The notes beneath the pieces are model-generated. The model made no database searches. It had not been told where the DNA came from and saw nothing but the letters and a program-made list of their open reading frames with translations. Shown here piece by piece: positions 25,301-37,788 of a stretch of DNA of 64,000 nt; the first letter of the stretch is position 1; each line of letters starts with the position of its first letter. The stretch comes from Felis catus. Taxonomy: Eukaryota. The stretch is taken from NCBI RefSeq assembly GCF_018350175.1, contig NC_058368.1:64048001-64112000 (forward strand). The letters run 5' to 3'. Made by a program: the position numbers and the translations under genes.

Positions 25301-25986
25301 TATCAAGTTTTAATAGAGACTATTTAAAATCAATCTAATTACAAATACTATGCTTTCAATCTTAAATTATAACTGTAAAATTCTTCTTCTATTTTGTTCA
25401 TCCATATATTCATTCATTCACTGAACAAACACCAATTTCCTCACTAGGTTCCAGGTATGTTAATAATACAGGGAGTAAAAAACTATGATTAAATGAGGGC
25501 ATTGATGAGAGTGAATATATTATAGAAACAATACCTATAGCAATTATGATGTGGTATGCTTCTGAGTAAGTAGGTGAGAGAAGGCTGACAGAAGACTGAT
25601 ACTATCTCTTTACTTTATTCAACTAATGTTATTGAAGTTTTATTATGGATCAGGAAATTTCCAAAATAGTAGGTTCACAAAATTGAGTAAGACCACATTT
25701 GCTTATAGTAAAACATTTATTTCCATAATAAAAAGATAAAGGGATTCACTTTGTAGGTTTTATGCTAAGATTTCTGATCTAGCTTCGCAGAATTAGTCAC
25801 AATTTTAAGAACCTAGAAGGCATTTAATTGAGAGTGAATATAAAGCCAATTACCAGAGGGCATTTAATGAAATACTGTGGTACAACTTTCTTCAATTAGA
25901 ACATAGTTCTAGTTTATTTTAAAGATACTATAACTTGCACATAGTAGATGTAATGACTGAATAACAGAAATGCTCAACAACACCTT

Positions 25987-26404
25987 CGTAGCAGTTAGGC
26001 TATTGTCACAATAATTTTGTGTTAAGAAACCATGCAAAATTTACTGAGATATACCAATAAGCATTTTTTTTCTTGTTCATGAACCTGCGGTCAGCTACAA
26101 GTCACCTGATACAGGCCATGCTTGGTTGGGATTTGCTTAAAGTCCAGATCTGATGTACATGTTGGTCATCCTGCTGAGATCACAGAACCAAAAGCATGTT
26201 GTTATGGTAGAAGTCAAAAGCACAAGCCCATCTGTGCAAAAACATGCCACCTTTTTCTGTGTTTGTTCCTCTAAGATATCCGTTTGGCCAAAGCAAAGTC
26301 AGACAGGAAATACTAAAGCCAAGCAATGGAAACGTATATCCTCCTCCAGGGATACAGATGGGGAGAGAGTAAACAATTGCTCAAAAATGATCTTATCTAC
26401 CAAA
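25987..26404 (-). mobile_element. MaLR LTR, MLT1J-like
   Basis: gtagcagttaggct...aagcattttttttcttgttcatga...ttggccaaagcaaagtca...atctacca resembles antisense MLT1J. Confidence 0.7.
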
Positions 26405-27389
26405 ATCTTCTTGAAGAGTTAAAAATAATAATATCATGACATTGTTTTCATTTGTGTGAATAAGGCTTTGCATAAGCACAGTGCAATATAAAAATACTAT
26501 TTAAACTCTTCCTCTATATTCATAACATTGCTACATATTTTCCACTTTGAGTATATTTTTATAAGCCTTCTTTGCACCAATCTGAAAACTTTGTATTTCA
26601 ATTTGATCAGGAAAGGCACATCAACTTAAATCATCATATAAAATATTTCTCCGTATTTTGAATGTTTTGTGCTATTGTTAATGTTTTGTAGAGAAAACTT
26701 GAACTGATAGAATTTATTGCTAAGTTAGATACTGATTTGTTTTGATGAACTACAAAAATCAGAATAAATTTCTAACAGAGAAATTACACTTGAAATACTA
26801 GTCTTAGCTCCAAAGGAGATTGGATTTTTATGTTAAACATTTGGATTGTAATTGTTTTTTTGGGATTGGTTTATTAAAGTATAATTAGTAACATTATCAG
26901 CAGAAAAACATGCTGTGCTATAATTAAATCATTTAACTAATCATTTCTTGATGACTTAATATTCTAGATTTCTCAATTCATTCAAGTAGATAAGAGTTCT
27001 CTGTAAATACAATTTATTATCGATAGTTTGCTTTTCTAGAAATGCTTGAAAATTTAGAATTCTGCCTTAACATTGTTAACAAGATGCCATTCTGATATTG
27101 ATGCATTATGTTTATCTATAAAACGTGAAACAGGACAGAAATATAGGATGATCAGAACATTTGCAACCTGTTTGCCTTTGCAATTATCAGTAGTAGAATT
27201 CCTTTTCTGTCTTTTGTAAAATAGAGAGGATTTTGGAAATGTAAAAGTTCCAGGTTCAATCTAGGAAGAGCTACTTTTATACTGCTGTTATGTTACAGGA
27301 AACCAGTGCTTTCAAACATAATTTTTGTTTCTTGCGTTCCATGCTTAGAATTTGTTCAACCAAGCCAGATATTAAAACTAATAATATAG

Positions 27390-27503
27390 GACACTGAGTA
27401 ATGCATAGAATTGTGGAATCATTATATTGTACACTTGAAACTAGTATAACACTGTATGTTAGTTATAGTACAATTAAAAAGTCTTAAAAATAAATACATA
27501 CAT
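27390..27503 (+). mobile_element. Severely 5'-truncated carnivore L1 (3' tip)
   Basis: gaatcattatattgtacacttgaaactagtataacactgtatgtta plus A-rich tail. TSD aaactaataatatag (27375-27389) / aaactagtagtatag (27504-27518). Confidence 0.85.
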
Positions 27504-30054
27504 AAACTAGTAGTATAGAGAAGCAGTTGGGATCTCCTCATTCTTCCCAACCCATGAAATCTGTCACTGGATTGAGGAGATGGAAATACAGCCAGTTGGA
27601 CTATGGATTCTTTGCTAATGATTATATATCTTCTTTTAAGAAGATTCCTCAATGGGCAAGAATATGAAAGCATGCAGAGAAATACTTGAGTTATCTTGAG
27701 TTATCTAAAGCATATCTAAAGCATATTCCTAGCAAACTCGATAGGTAGATCCATTTAAGTGAGACAAGCTCAAACTGATTTTGCACATAAGTGCATATAT
27801 AAGTTATGTGTACACACACACATATCTGTATACTCTCAATCAGCTTTCAGTTACTAAACTGTTAAGCTGAACTGAATGATCATTGTAATGTTTTTAAGAA
27901 ACATGTTAACCTGGCACACAGACTGTCTTAATAAGAAGAAGAACAAACGACTTGTTCTTAATACTTCCTTACATAGCGTGTCACCTACTTTCTTCCCCAT
28001 GATGTCCCCCACTAAACTGGTCTCTAAACATCTGTCCCACTCAGAGACACTAGTTGATATTGTTGTTGTAAAGGACTTCAATAAGCATTTATTTTACCTA
28101 TTTTTATCCTAATGTAATTTTCATATCATAGTCCCATTGGATCAAGCAGTAGGAGTTACATGGAATATCTTTATATGACATCATAGAGTAAAGAAAGGAA
28201 AGTTGTATTTGGAAAGTGATCAAGTTGATAGTGTCCCTCAACTGACCAAGGGTCATGAATTATGTTTCAGTATAGGAGGGATGGAGTGAGGAGTTCTAAA
28301 AGTTTGTTTGCTTGTTTGTTCGTTTTGGCAGCCAACAAATGGTCACATCACATGTTTCAGGGTTCCAAAGGATCCTCATGGTGGTGCAAATGCAGGACAA
28401 GAGGAGACACTTAATTGTGCTCTAGGCCTTAAAAGGAGGCCAGAGCAGGAGTTCCAGAAGTTAAGGATATCAGGAAGGCAACCTGTGGAAGTAGGCACCC
28501 AGGGAATCCAGAAATCTCTCCTCACCCATATCCCTGAACTTCCAGGAATCTACATCCTATTCTCCTTTAGTGAAATATCACTCATGGTCACAGCAATATC
28601 AAAAAAGAATTTGGAAAGACAGTCAACATTGGCTAAATGGAAGGCCTCATAGTCATAGCATGCTTGAGATCTGAGGAGCAAGGAGGAGAGATACAAAGAG
28701 GAAACATAGTGAAAGCTAGAATGAAGGACAAGGGGCATAATGCTAACTAATTTCTTAAATTTTACTACAAAGAATTAGTAATATTTCACAGAATGTCTTC
28801 TCAACACCAATTTCACAAATGTAAATACTTGAAATTTTTCTTCTCAGTCCTTTTCCACTACAGGTAAGTCCAGAGGAGGGCAGCTGGAATTCAGTTTCCA
28901 CTATCACGCTCATTCAGTCCTTTTCCAAAGGGTCCAGAAATCCTTCTTGAGTTCAGTAGGCTTCAGAGTTTTTCTTACGGCTCTGGCAATCTCAACTTAG
29001 ATCTGATTCCCTCCAACCATACTCTTCCATACTCACCTGGACTTTTTTGGTGTTAGTGGACTGCATGTGCTATTATTTTAGCAACAATGATATAGTAATT
29101 TCAACTTTTAGTGTTAAATAATTATGAGTTTTATTTCCTTATCTGAAATATTTATAAGAATGTAAGAATTTCAAGTCAAATGGTCTCTAAAGTAGGGGAA
29201 AAAACCCGTATTATGCATATGTCTTTCAAAGAACAGAACTGTACTATTTGTTTTTAAAAATGAATTTACTTTGTGTCCTTCTAGAGTTTCAGCTGGATTG
29301 TCTGCTATAGTAGAGAGAGTCTATCAACAATAATCTTAATTTTCTTTCTTTTTTTTTTTGAAGATTTCAAAATTAAAATTGGCACTAATCCACCAATTCA
29401 TTCTTTTCTCTTTATTGGATGAGTGCACATAGATTGCTTTATCTATATCTTAATTTTCGACATAAACTTTCAACAGAATCTTTCATGCTTCATCGCTGTG
29501 TAAGCAGATGTGATTTTTATTTTTTTCCTTTTCATTGAACAGTTACTTCATTTGAAATTTATCGCTTGATTTAATTTAACTTTTTTCGATGGTGGATACA
29601 TCTGTTGCTACCTCTGTTTGGTTGTCATTTTAATGGGTTGCTAGAGGCTGTGACCAAAATAGTTATGCATTTCCCTGCCTTCCTGCTATCCCTTTATTCT
29701 TTGTTTCATGTCTATTTATTTTCAAGAAGTGGAATTGGCATATTGTCATAGATTTGCTTTTTGTCTCTCCAAAAGTCTTTTCCATAATTATTTTTATTTA
29801 TACCTTTGGAAACATTTTATGATTTAATTTTACATAAAACACCCAAATTCCATTAGAACTTCTTCAGTTTCCAAAGCATACTGGCATACGTTGTTTAATA
29901 GTTATTACAAAATGATCTTTTGGGGCAATAAATTTTGATATGTAAGGACAATTCCCAAATGTAATTTAAAGGTGATAAACTAGTCTTTAATGACCTAGAA
30001 TTAATGTGCATGTATTATTTTAATCTGCATAAAAGTTTAAGAAGACTATGTATT

Positions 30055-30212
30055 CAGGATTAGTTACATAATTTTCAAGCCTCAGTGTGAAATGAAAATT
30101 TAGGAAATTGAAATCTCTTATTTCAAAAGTTACTAAGGATTCCGAAGAGATCCTACAATAGCAGGTGCACAGGCTTTAATAAGCAGGTCACATGCCCATG
30201 AAGCCAGCCCTG
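30055..30212 (-). mobile_element. MER45A-like hAT MITE
   Basis: Right end caggtcacatgcccatgaagccagccctg is the reverse complement of the MER45A start. Left end caggattagttacataattt. Confidence 0.8.
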
Positions 30213-30319
30213 AGTGTGTTTTTTTAGGCTCAACATTTGGTTTGCAAGCAAATCTTTAAATTGAGAAAACCAACACTGAAGAACATTTTTACAAGAATGT
30301 TTTAAAAGTTATATAATAA

Positions 30320-30870
30320 TATTAGAACTGTAGAAATGAAAGACATCAAGATCACATATCCAACCTAAATTCAAAGCATGGAATTCTTACATGAACTCTC
30401 TGATATTACTTGCCTTTTGGACCTAATATTCCACCCATGGGTCCACTTTTGAATGATTCTAGATAAAATTTCTATCTTATTTTAGCCTAAAATCTAACTT
30501 TTGTAAAGTCTAAATACTGTCCCAAGTTCTTCCCTAATAAACAATTCAGATAACTATATTTTCTATTCCATTAGATAGAACCATATGAAATTGTCAATAT
30601 TGAGCATTTTTTGGCCTCTAAAAAAGGTAGTTTTATGTGTTTTCACCTAAGACATAGCAGCTCACTAAATATGTGTAAGCAGGGACCATACGGCCACCAT
30701 CTCCCATTACCAAACCCATATACATACCCTTTCCAAAAACCCTAGCAAGTCCTCTCTGCCTCAGACTAATCACTCTTTGACTCTTCACTATTACTCATAT
30801 GAGAAAATTTCTAGACCCTTTAACATGTTGGTTGAGTGACTCTAACAGTTAGGTTTATTAATTTTCCTCT
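30320..30870 (-). mobile_element. Possible L3/CR1 fragment hosting the MADE2
   Basis: Weak resemblance (cctaaaatctaacttttgtaa, cagactaatcactct, tttctagaccctttaacat). Confidence 0.4.
30571..30650. mobile_element. MADE2-like mariner MITE, 80 bp
   Basis: ttagatagaaccatatgaaattgtc ... ggtagttttatgtgttttcacctaa, imperfect terminal inverted repeats with the MADE2 length. Confidence 0.8.
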
Positions 30871-31479
30871 TACAGTCTGACATTCTTTATTGAAAGGAAT
30901 GTGTCAAATGTGACTAAGGAATCCTTCTGATAATGTCCTATCTTCCATTTTCAAACGTGTTCTCTCCCATTAATTTTTGAATTAAAAATATAGAAGTTTC
31001 TGTGGAGAATTCTAGTTCTTCCCACTTCTGAGATCTGAGAGACATTCTTTAAATGGGCTCTCATAAACCTATTTGACATGGTGGGCAATAAACTCAATAT
31101 TATCAGTATAATGATTACAGTGTTGAGTTCTATTGAGTTCTCTTAACTTCTGTTAAGTTCGTGTATACCATCAAAAAGCAAATCAGTAAAAAAAAAAAAT
31201 TCTGTTACAGACCATGGTCTAAATATGTAATTTTCTGATGATATCAACTGAGACAAAAATAACATTGATGTGATGTAGAGCATTAGATCTGCTAAAGATT
31301 TCTACCAGTAAGTTTTATTTGGAAGTCCAACACGAAAAAACTCTACCTGACATGGAGCTGTTCTCTTCATTTGAGCTCTATATTAATCCCACTGTGTTGG
31401 CCCCAATACCCCTTCCCACATCTCCCCCCACAAAAAAAAAAAAAAAACAAAACTAAAAAAAGCAAAACAAAATGCATTA

Positions 31480-31782
31480 AATCTGAATTCTCGGTGGCTT
31501 AAGTGAATCATTGTTTATTTGTTGCTCATGTAAATATCAACATTGGTCAGGCTACCCTCTTCCATCTGTAAACTCTAGCACTCATGACAAAAAACTTTGA
31601 GGCAGAAGAAGAGAGAGTATAGAAGTGAGGTAGGGATTTTTTCCAGCCTCAGTCCCAATGGGGTACATGTCACTTTAATGCATAGTCTGTTTGTCAGATA
31701 TTTTCACATGATCCCAACATAACTGGAAGTCCTTGAAATATGTGGAAGTGCACGAATATTTGGTGAGCATGAAATGCCTGTC
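31480..31782 (-). mobile_element. Old ERVL LTR fragment (LTR33-like)
   Basis: ggtggcttaa...gtttatttgttgctcatgtaa...tcacatgatcccaac...atatttggtgagca. Confidence 0.5.
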
Positions 31783-33172
31783 ATGGACTCTCTTCTGCTT
31801 TCTCAGATGCCCCCTGACTCTTCTCCACAGGAACTCTGAATGCTGTACATAGCTTGATATAAAAACACTGATCTCAAGGGATGGTGTCCCTATGCTGCAA
31901 GCAGTTCTCAAGGAAATATTATTCCCTGATACCAAACTTTCCTTAAGATATTGGCTGTAAAGAATCCACTGTTTTATTTTTTGAAAGAGAGTGGAATACA
32001 AAAATTTTGTGTAACAACAAAATGAGAGAGTTGTGTCCTTTGACACATTGCCTAGTGTGAGGGAGGGATGATCTCTTTTTGAAAGTTGGGTCTTTCAAGG
32101 ATATGACTGAATGGATGGCAGACTCAGGAGAAACATGAGCATGTTCAAGATTTACTCTGAAAGATTTCTGGGTCTTCTCTAATGAAGGAGTATGTCCAGA
32201 AAAGTTAAGACCTCAAGAGCAGAGATAGTGCCCTATTCAGCTTTGACTCTTTCACATGTTGTCCTGAATCTGACACCTCCTGTGTTTTAAACTAAGTTTG
32301 GTTCACTTGAAACAAAATCTTCAGCTGCCTGGTTGAAAGTTTCAGAAAAGGCCCCCAAACTCAACACTTCCAGAATTTGTCCCTTTTCTCTGAATCTCGT
32401 TCTTCCTTCGGCATTTCCAGTTTTTATTACAGATGACACAATCATTTGGGCTTAACATTTTGGAGCCTCTGTTGGGTTGTGCATATTCTTTTGTCTTTCA
32501 GTAATCATATGGCAAGGATTGTTGCTTCTGATTTATGCTTTTCTCTCAATTTTATATCTGCAAACTAAGCCATTCACATAGTAACTCACAACTCACCTTT
32601 TATAATGGTCTCCTAGCCTCCAAACTCTTCTCTTCCAACTGATAGGTCGGCTAGAACTGTGTCTTCTTAAAGCAGACTTTAGACCACATTTCTCTAAGTA
32701 AGTTCCTGTAATACCCAAAATAAAAGTTTTTAGTAGATGCTGCCCATGGGGAAACAGAGATGGAAATTTGTTTAGTAAATAACTTCATAAAATTTAGGTT
32801 AAATACAGTTGGGTAGAGTTTGCTTTTTTGCATTGCTATGTTAATATATACCAGAAATCTCTAAAAATGCTTTGCATATGCAGAACTTCTATAATATATT
32901 TAACAAAAGAATCAATTTTCTTAGAAGTATTCTTTCAGAGTTACATTGACCAAACTTTCAGAGATTCCTCGTTATCAATGGAATCACGTCCAGGCTTAGA
33001 GGACTTTTCTATTCTGTTCTGTCATCATTTCTTCACAGGTCCTTTTTGCTCAGACCTGTTTGCTGCACTCAACTTGTGTATCTTCTATTCTATGTTTTGG
33101 TTCTTACTGTTGGTTTCATGTGGAATCTCCTGCAACCCACTTCACAGTTTGTCTTTTGAAAATCTGAAACTT

Positions 33173-33371
33173 GGGGCTTCTGGGTGGCTCAGTTGGTTAA
33201 GTGTCCAACTTTTGGTTTTTGCTCATATCATGATCTCACAGTTTGGGAGTTCGAGCCCCACATTGGGCTTTGCACTGATAGCTCGGAACCTGCTTAAGAT
33301 TCTTTCTCTCTTCCTCTCCCTCTGCCTCTCCCCTGCTTGCTCTCTCTCTCTCTTTCAAAATAAATAAAAAA
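33173..33371 (+). mobile_element. CAN-SINE (older subfamily)
   Basis: ggggcttctgggtggctcagttgg head, B-box gttcgagcc, A tail. Diverged TSD aaaatctgaaact / aaaatctaaaatt. Confidence 0.93.
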
Positions 33372-34899
33372 AAAATCTAAAATTCATTTCTCATGAATAA
33401 ATCATCCCCTTCTCTGCTGATTTATTGAAACCTCCCTGTCCTTACATATCCTAGTCAGAAGTAATATCTACAAAGAGTGTTTCCATGTAAGAGTTCTACT
33501 TTAATGGAATATTTACCATGTATGCAATAAATTACCAGGTATTTACATGCGGCATTTTAATCATCTCATTCATTTATATAAGAAATATGAATCAACCCAT
33601 TGTATGGATTGAAAAATACTGAGACATACACAGTTAATGCCATGTATGCAAGTTTTCTTAGCTATTAGCTAGGGAAGCTGCAATTTAAAGGATATAGAAA
33701 TACCGCCTAAACTTCCTTGAGTTGTTTACACTATATTCCATATCACTTTGTGTTTATTTCTTTTGTAGCTCCTAATGGGTTCTACCATGTATCACAGTAA
33801 TTTATAGCTAGAGGCCATTCCCATTATAATGCAAGCTATATGAAGACAGATACTATGTCTCATTAGACGTATAACTATAATTGTTGTTACATAGCTGAAT
33901 ACATAGTAATTTGAATTTGGTTAATTCTGTTATATTAACTGCCCTATTTGCTTCTGTATGATGTACCATTTTTTTCATGTTAAAATATCTCTGGGAACAA
34001 GGTTATATTATGTCACTAGTTGTATCTATGGCCTCCCAAATGCCTGTATTGGGCTTCCCATAGACTCTCTTCTTGACACTCTTGCTCTAGGGATAAGCTT
34101 TAGGATTTCAAGTTTATGAAGGAATTTATTTTAAAAACTAACAAAAATCACCTCCCAGCCTATGTCAGTTTACCAACAAGTAGGAGATTTTCTAGGTCTG
34201 TACCAAAGTGAACAAAATCAGACAGAGGTTATAGGAGAGGTCAGCAGTAATCCAGAGGCAGAACTTTAAAAATAGTTAATTGAAGGCATTTTTACATGTG
34301 CCTTGCTCTGGGAGCAGAAGTTAGTACTATAAAGAATGGGTTAGGTATCAAGAAAGGCTCAAAAGTACTTTTCTTTTGTAGGCTCAGGCATGACCCTGAG
34401 CAGTTATGCATTGCAGATTGCTCTCTCAATTATCATCTTGAGAGTAATATTTGCTTTTAAATACATATTTTAATGTAACTGTATTCTGTGACTGATGTTC
34501 ACTGTCTGAGAGTCACTGAAAATAGGAGTGCTTCATTTTTATCTTAAAAACTGGGTGTCTTCCAAGGTCAAACTTGGGATTTAAGTTTTATTTCAAAACA
34601 GACTAGATGGCAGCTGAGGAATTTACACTGGGCAAGCACTATCCCCTTTTTGGTCCATAAACACTAAGGGTGTCCAAGAAATGATTTAGGTTATTAAATG
34701 ATGTGCTTGATCCTCTTCACTCACTAGGAAAAATAAGGATCGAATGTTGAGAGGCTGCATATTCCTTGTAGAAGAATACACTATCCCTCAACTCCTTAAA
34801 GTTTCAGGATCACATGTCACTTCAAGCTGCTATCAGGGGCACTATTCCAGAAGCCACCACTGTTGACCAGAGGTCTATAAGGTTCTTGTCTCCAGACAA

Positions 34900-35450
34900 T
34901 TTATGGAAATTCTTGAGAAATGTATCAGTGGATTAAATTCTGTTCTTCTTACTGCCTTTAACTCATCACAGTGATCTTGGCAATAGAAGAGTACTTCATT
35001 CTGTAGGGCAACTTTTGTCATCTCCAATCAGACTTTTCTAGAATAATGTTACTCTGCGTTTGTGCCTTTGTCCCAAGTAAAAACACAGGCTTTTCTCTTA
35101 GTTCCTCAAAGCAGATTTAATGCCATCTCTAATATTGGTGTTATATTCTCCAGGGTTTAACTACACCCATGGGAATACTTTAGATGATGTCTTCCAATTC
35201 CCATTCCAAAGAATAAAGGTATTAAGGTCATCCTCTTCTATAGTTACAATAACCTGTACAAAAGCAACTTTAAGCACTAAAATAATAGTTACCTTTTCTG
35301 TTATTAGCCAGAGAGGATTATCACCTCCCTGTCTCAAATCTTTTCATTTTAGGACGAGATGGTCATTTACCCTTCTTCATTCAAAAGTCTCATTGATGTG
35401 TATTTTTCCCAAAGAAACAAATTGTCACCTCTTCCCATCAGATTAATTCA
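34900..35450 (-). mobile_element. Putative decayed LTR-retroelement pol (RT) fragment, Ty3/Gypsy-like
   Basis: Manual minus-strand translation gives, in one frame with stops, *SDGKR*QFVSLGKI...VTIILVLKVAFVQVIVTIEEDDLNTFILWNGNWKTSSKVFPWV*LNPG...LCFYL. Matched by eye only. Confidence 0.45.
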
Positions 35451-35539
35451 TTTTATCAAGAAAAAATATATTTTACTCTTCTTTGACAAGGATTGTTGAA
35501 AATTCAGTGTAGGAGGAGTGATGGATAGGAATCAAGTAA

Positions 35540-36880
35540 TAACACATATGATTACAGCTAGGTTGTGTATTATGATGAAAGGGGACATGGTATTATAAGG
35601 TGCTAGCCCTCACTGAGGAAGTCATCTGGCCTGAAAAATAAGTAGTGGTTTATTAGGCAAAAAATAAAGTGGCATAGAATGAAAGCACCAAAAAAAAAGG
35701 GGGGGGGAGAGAAGGAGAGGGAGAAGGAGAGAGAGAGACAGTAAGTGCACATAGTGTGTGGTAAGTGTGGGGCAATAATGACTGAGGGCAAAGCAGTGTG
35801 AAATGAGCTCAGAGCACATGGTGAGGAATGGGCAGGATGGTAGTGGAAGCAGGCGGGAGTGGAGCCACACAGGGCCTGGTAGTAGATGATAAATGGCTTA
35901 TGTGTATCGAAGAATAAAAGTCATACGAGGTTTTTTTGTTTGTTTTTTCAATATCTGAAGTTTATTGTCTCATACGCGGTTTTAAGTTGAGGCATATGTT
36001 AACTAGATTTGAATTGGAAAAAAAAAAAACAGCAGGCAGTAGGTAGAGTAGATTACATGGAAGCTAAGGAAACCTGAGAATTTAGTGGATTCTGGCAGCC
36101 ATTGTAACAGTATGATGGACTGGCAGCCATTCATAACAGTACTGTGGAGTAGGATAGCGGCGGGGGGGTGGGGTGGGTTGTGGACAGAGATAGGTGGTCA
36201 TGAAAGCCATGTCAGAGATAAACTTGTCTAAATTGACCATTTGGTCCTGAGAAGGGTGGGATGGTGTGACAGGTGTAGCTCCTAGGTATTTGGCCTACCA
36301 ACTAGAATGATGGTGGTAGAGTTTTCCAAAATACAAATCAATGGAACAAAACTAATACATGAAAAGGAGCATTCGTTTACTTTAAAAAAAATTTTGTTAA
36401 CGTTTATTTATTTTTGAGAGACAGAGCGTGAGTGTGGGAGGGGCAGAGAGAGAGGGAGACATAGAATCCAAAGCAGCCTCCAGGCTCTGAGCTGTCAGCA
36501 AAGAGCCTGACACGGGGCTCAAATCCATGAACTGTGAGATTGTGACCTGAGCCGAAGTCAGATGCTTAACCGACTGAGCCACCCACGTGCCCCATGTTTA
36601 CTGTTGACTATGTGAAGTTTGGAAAGGTTTTTAGAGTTGGCATCAAGTAGAAAATTGATTTTGCTTGTTTAAGTTTCAAAGGATACATCTGAGTTAGAGA
36701 TACAGACTGTCATTATCAACCTATGTAGATACTAGATTTCATAGTTGTGGATAAAATTTCCAAAGAAATAACATGAAGTGTAGGACTGAGTGCTGAGGAA
36801 GAAACCCAACATGTAATATGGCTAACTAGAGAAGGATAAGCCTCCGCAGAGAAGCAGAAACATCAACCAAAGATTCAAAG
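35540..36880 (-). mobile_element. L2 fragments (old), hosting a SINE
   Basis: Antisense L2-like motifs: ctcctaggtatttggcct, gagttagagatacaga, ggactgagtgctgagg. Confidence 0.55.
36382..36593 (-). mobile_element. CAN-SINE, full length
   Basis: Complete element; short TSD core gtttact. Confidence 0.95.
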
Positions 36881-37364
36881 TGAATTTAGAATTTCTCTGC
36901 CAGAAAAAAAGAAAGAACAAAAAATGGTCTGACTCATCTATCTGTCTACTTATCAATCTATCTAAGCAAATATTCATGTCATGACCACAGTGTTCCATGT
37001 ACTGTTCTAAATACTTGGCAAACGTTATGTTACTTCATTTGAAGTAACAGTCTCCCTATTTCCTACCCCTGTCTTTCCCTCCCTATGCCAAAAGATTTTA
37101 GTCATCTAGGTATAGAAGTTTTAAATGTAATGGAAATTATATTAACTAGGATTTTCAGACCAGTATAATAAACAATATTCACATCTCTGTGGCTTATCAT
37201 TATGTTTATGTCTCACTATAATATTCATTAAAAGTAGCTCATAGGGGTTTGCACTGAAGAGCCACGCAGGATGTAGGCTTCTTCTCTCCATGGCACATGG
37301 CTCCCCCTTCTCATGTTGATGGAATTCTTTCCATTCAGATATCGCGTAGGGAATGGGCAAGCTT

Positions 37365-37584
37365 TTTAAAAAAATTTTTTTCATGTTTATTTATTTTTGA
37401 GAGAAACAGAGAGACAGAGCACGAGTAGGGGAGGGGCAGAGAGAGAGGGTGACATAGAATCTGAAGCAGGCTCTAGGCTCTGAGCTATCAGCAGAGCCCA
37501 ATGTGGGGCTCAAACCCACGAACCACAAGGTGATGGCCTGAGCCAAAGTCACACACTAAACCAGTTGAGCCACTCAGGTGCCCC
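37365..37584 (-). mobile_element. CAN-SINE, full length
   Basis: TSD ggaatgggcaagctt (37350-37364) / ggaataggcgagctt (37586-37600). Confidence 0.95.
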
Positions 37585-37600
37585 TGGAATAGGCGAGCTT

Positions 37601-37788
37601 ACTCACACAGAAGGTTTTAGTGGGATCAGTTTGGAAGTTACCTTCAGCAATTCTCCCCATTTCCCATTAACTAAAACTCAACAACATGGTTACTTAACTT
37701 CAAAGGAGGCTGGGAAAAGTGGTCTGACTATGTGTCTAGGAGGGAAAAATAGGTTTTAAAGTTCACAAAACATTATTTTTTTGCCACA
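37601..37788 (-). mobile_element. LTR33-like ERVL LTR fragment
   Basis: acatggttacttaacttcaaaggaggctgggaaaagtggtctgactatgtgtctaggagg...tgccaca. Confidence 0.7.

Noticed and set aside
27684..27726. Adjacent short tandem duplications (cttgagttat x2, tatctaaagca x2); similar ones near 1800-1830, 12925-12950 and 45288-45312
   Set aside because: Ordinary slippage duplications with no sign of function.
28300..28700. GC-richer purine block that might be an old LTR
   Set aside because: No termini, TSD or family motif I could confirm.
32828..33367. 179-aa ORF
   Set aside because: Non-ATG start, C-terminal third is SINE-derived, and no recognisable domain.
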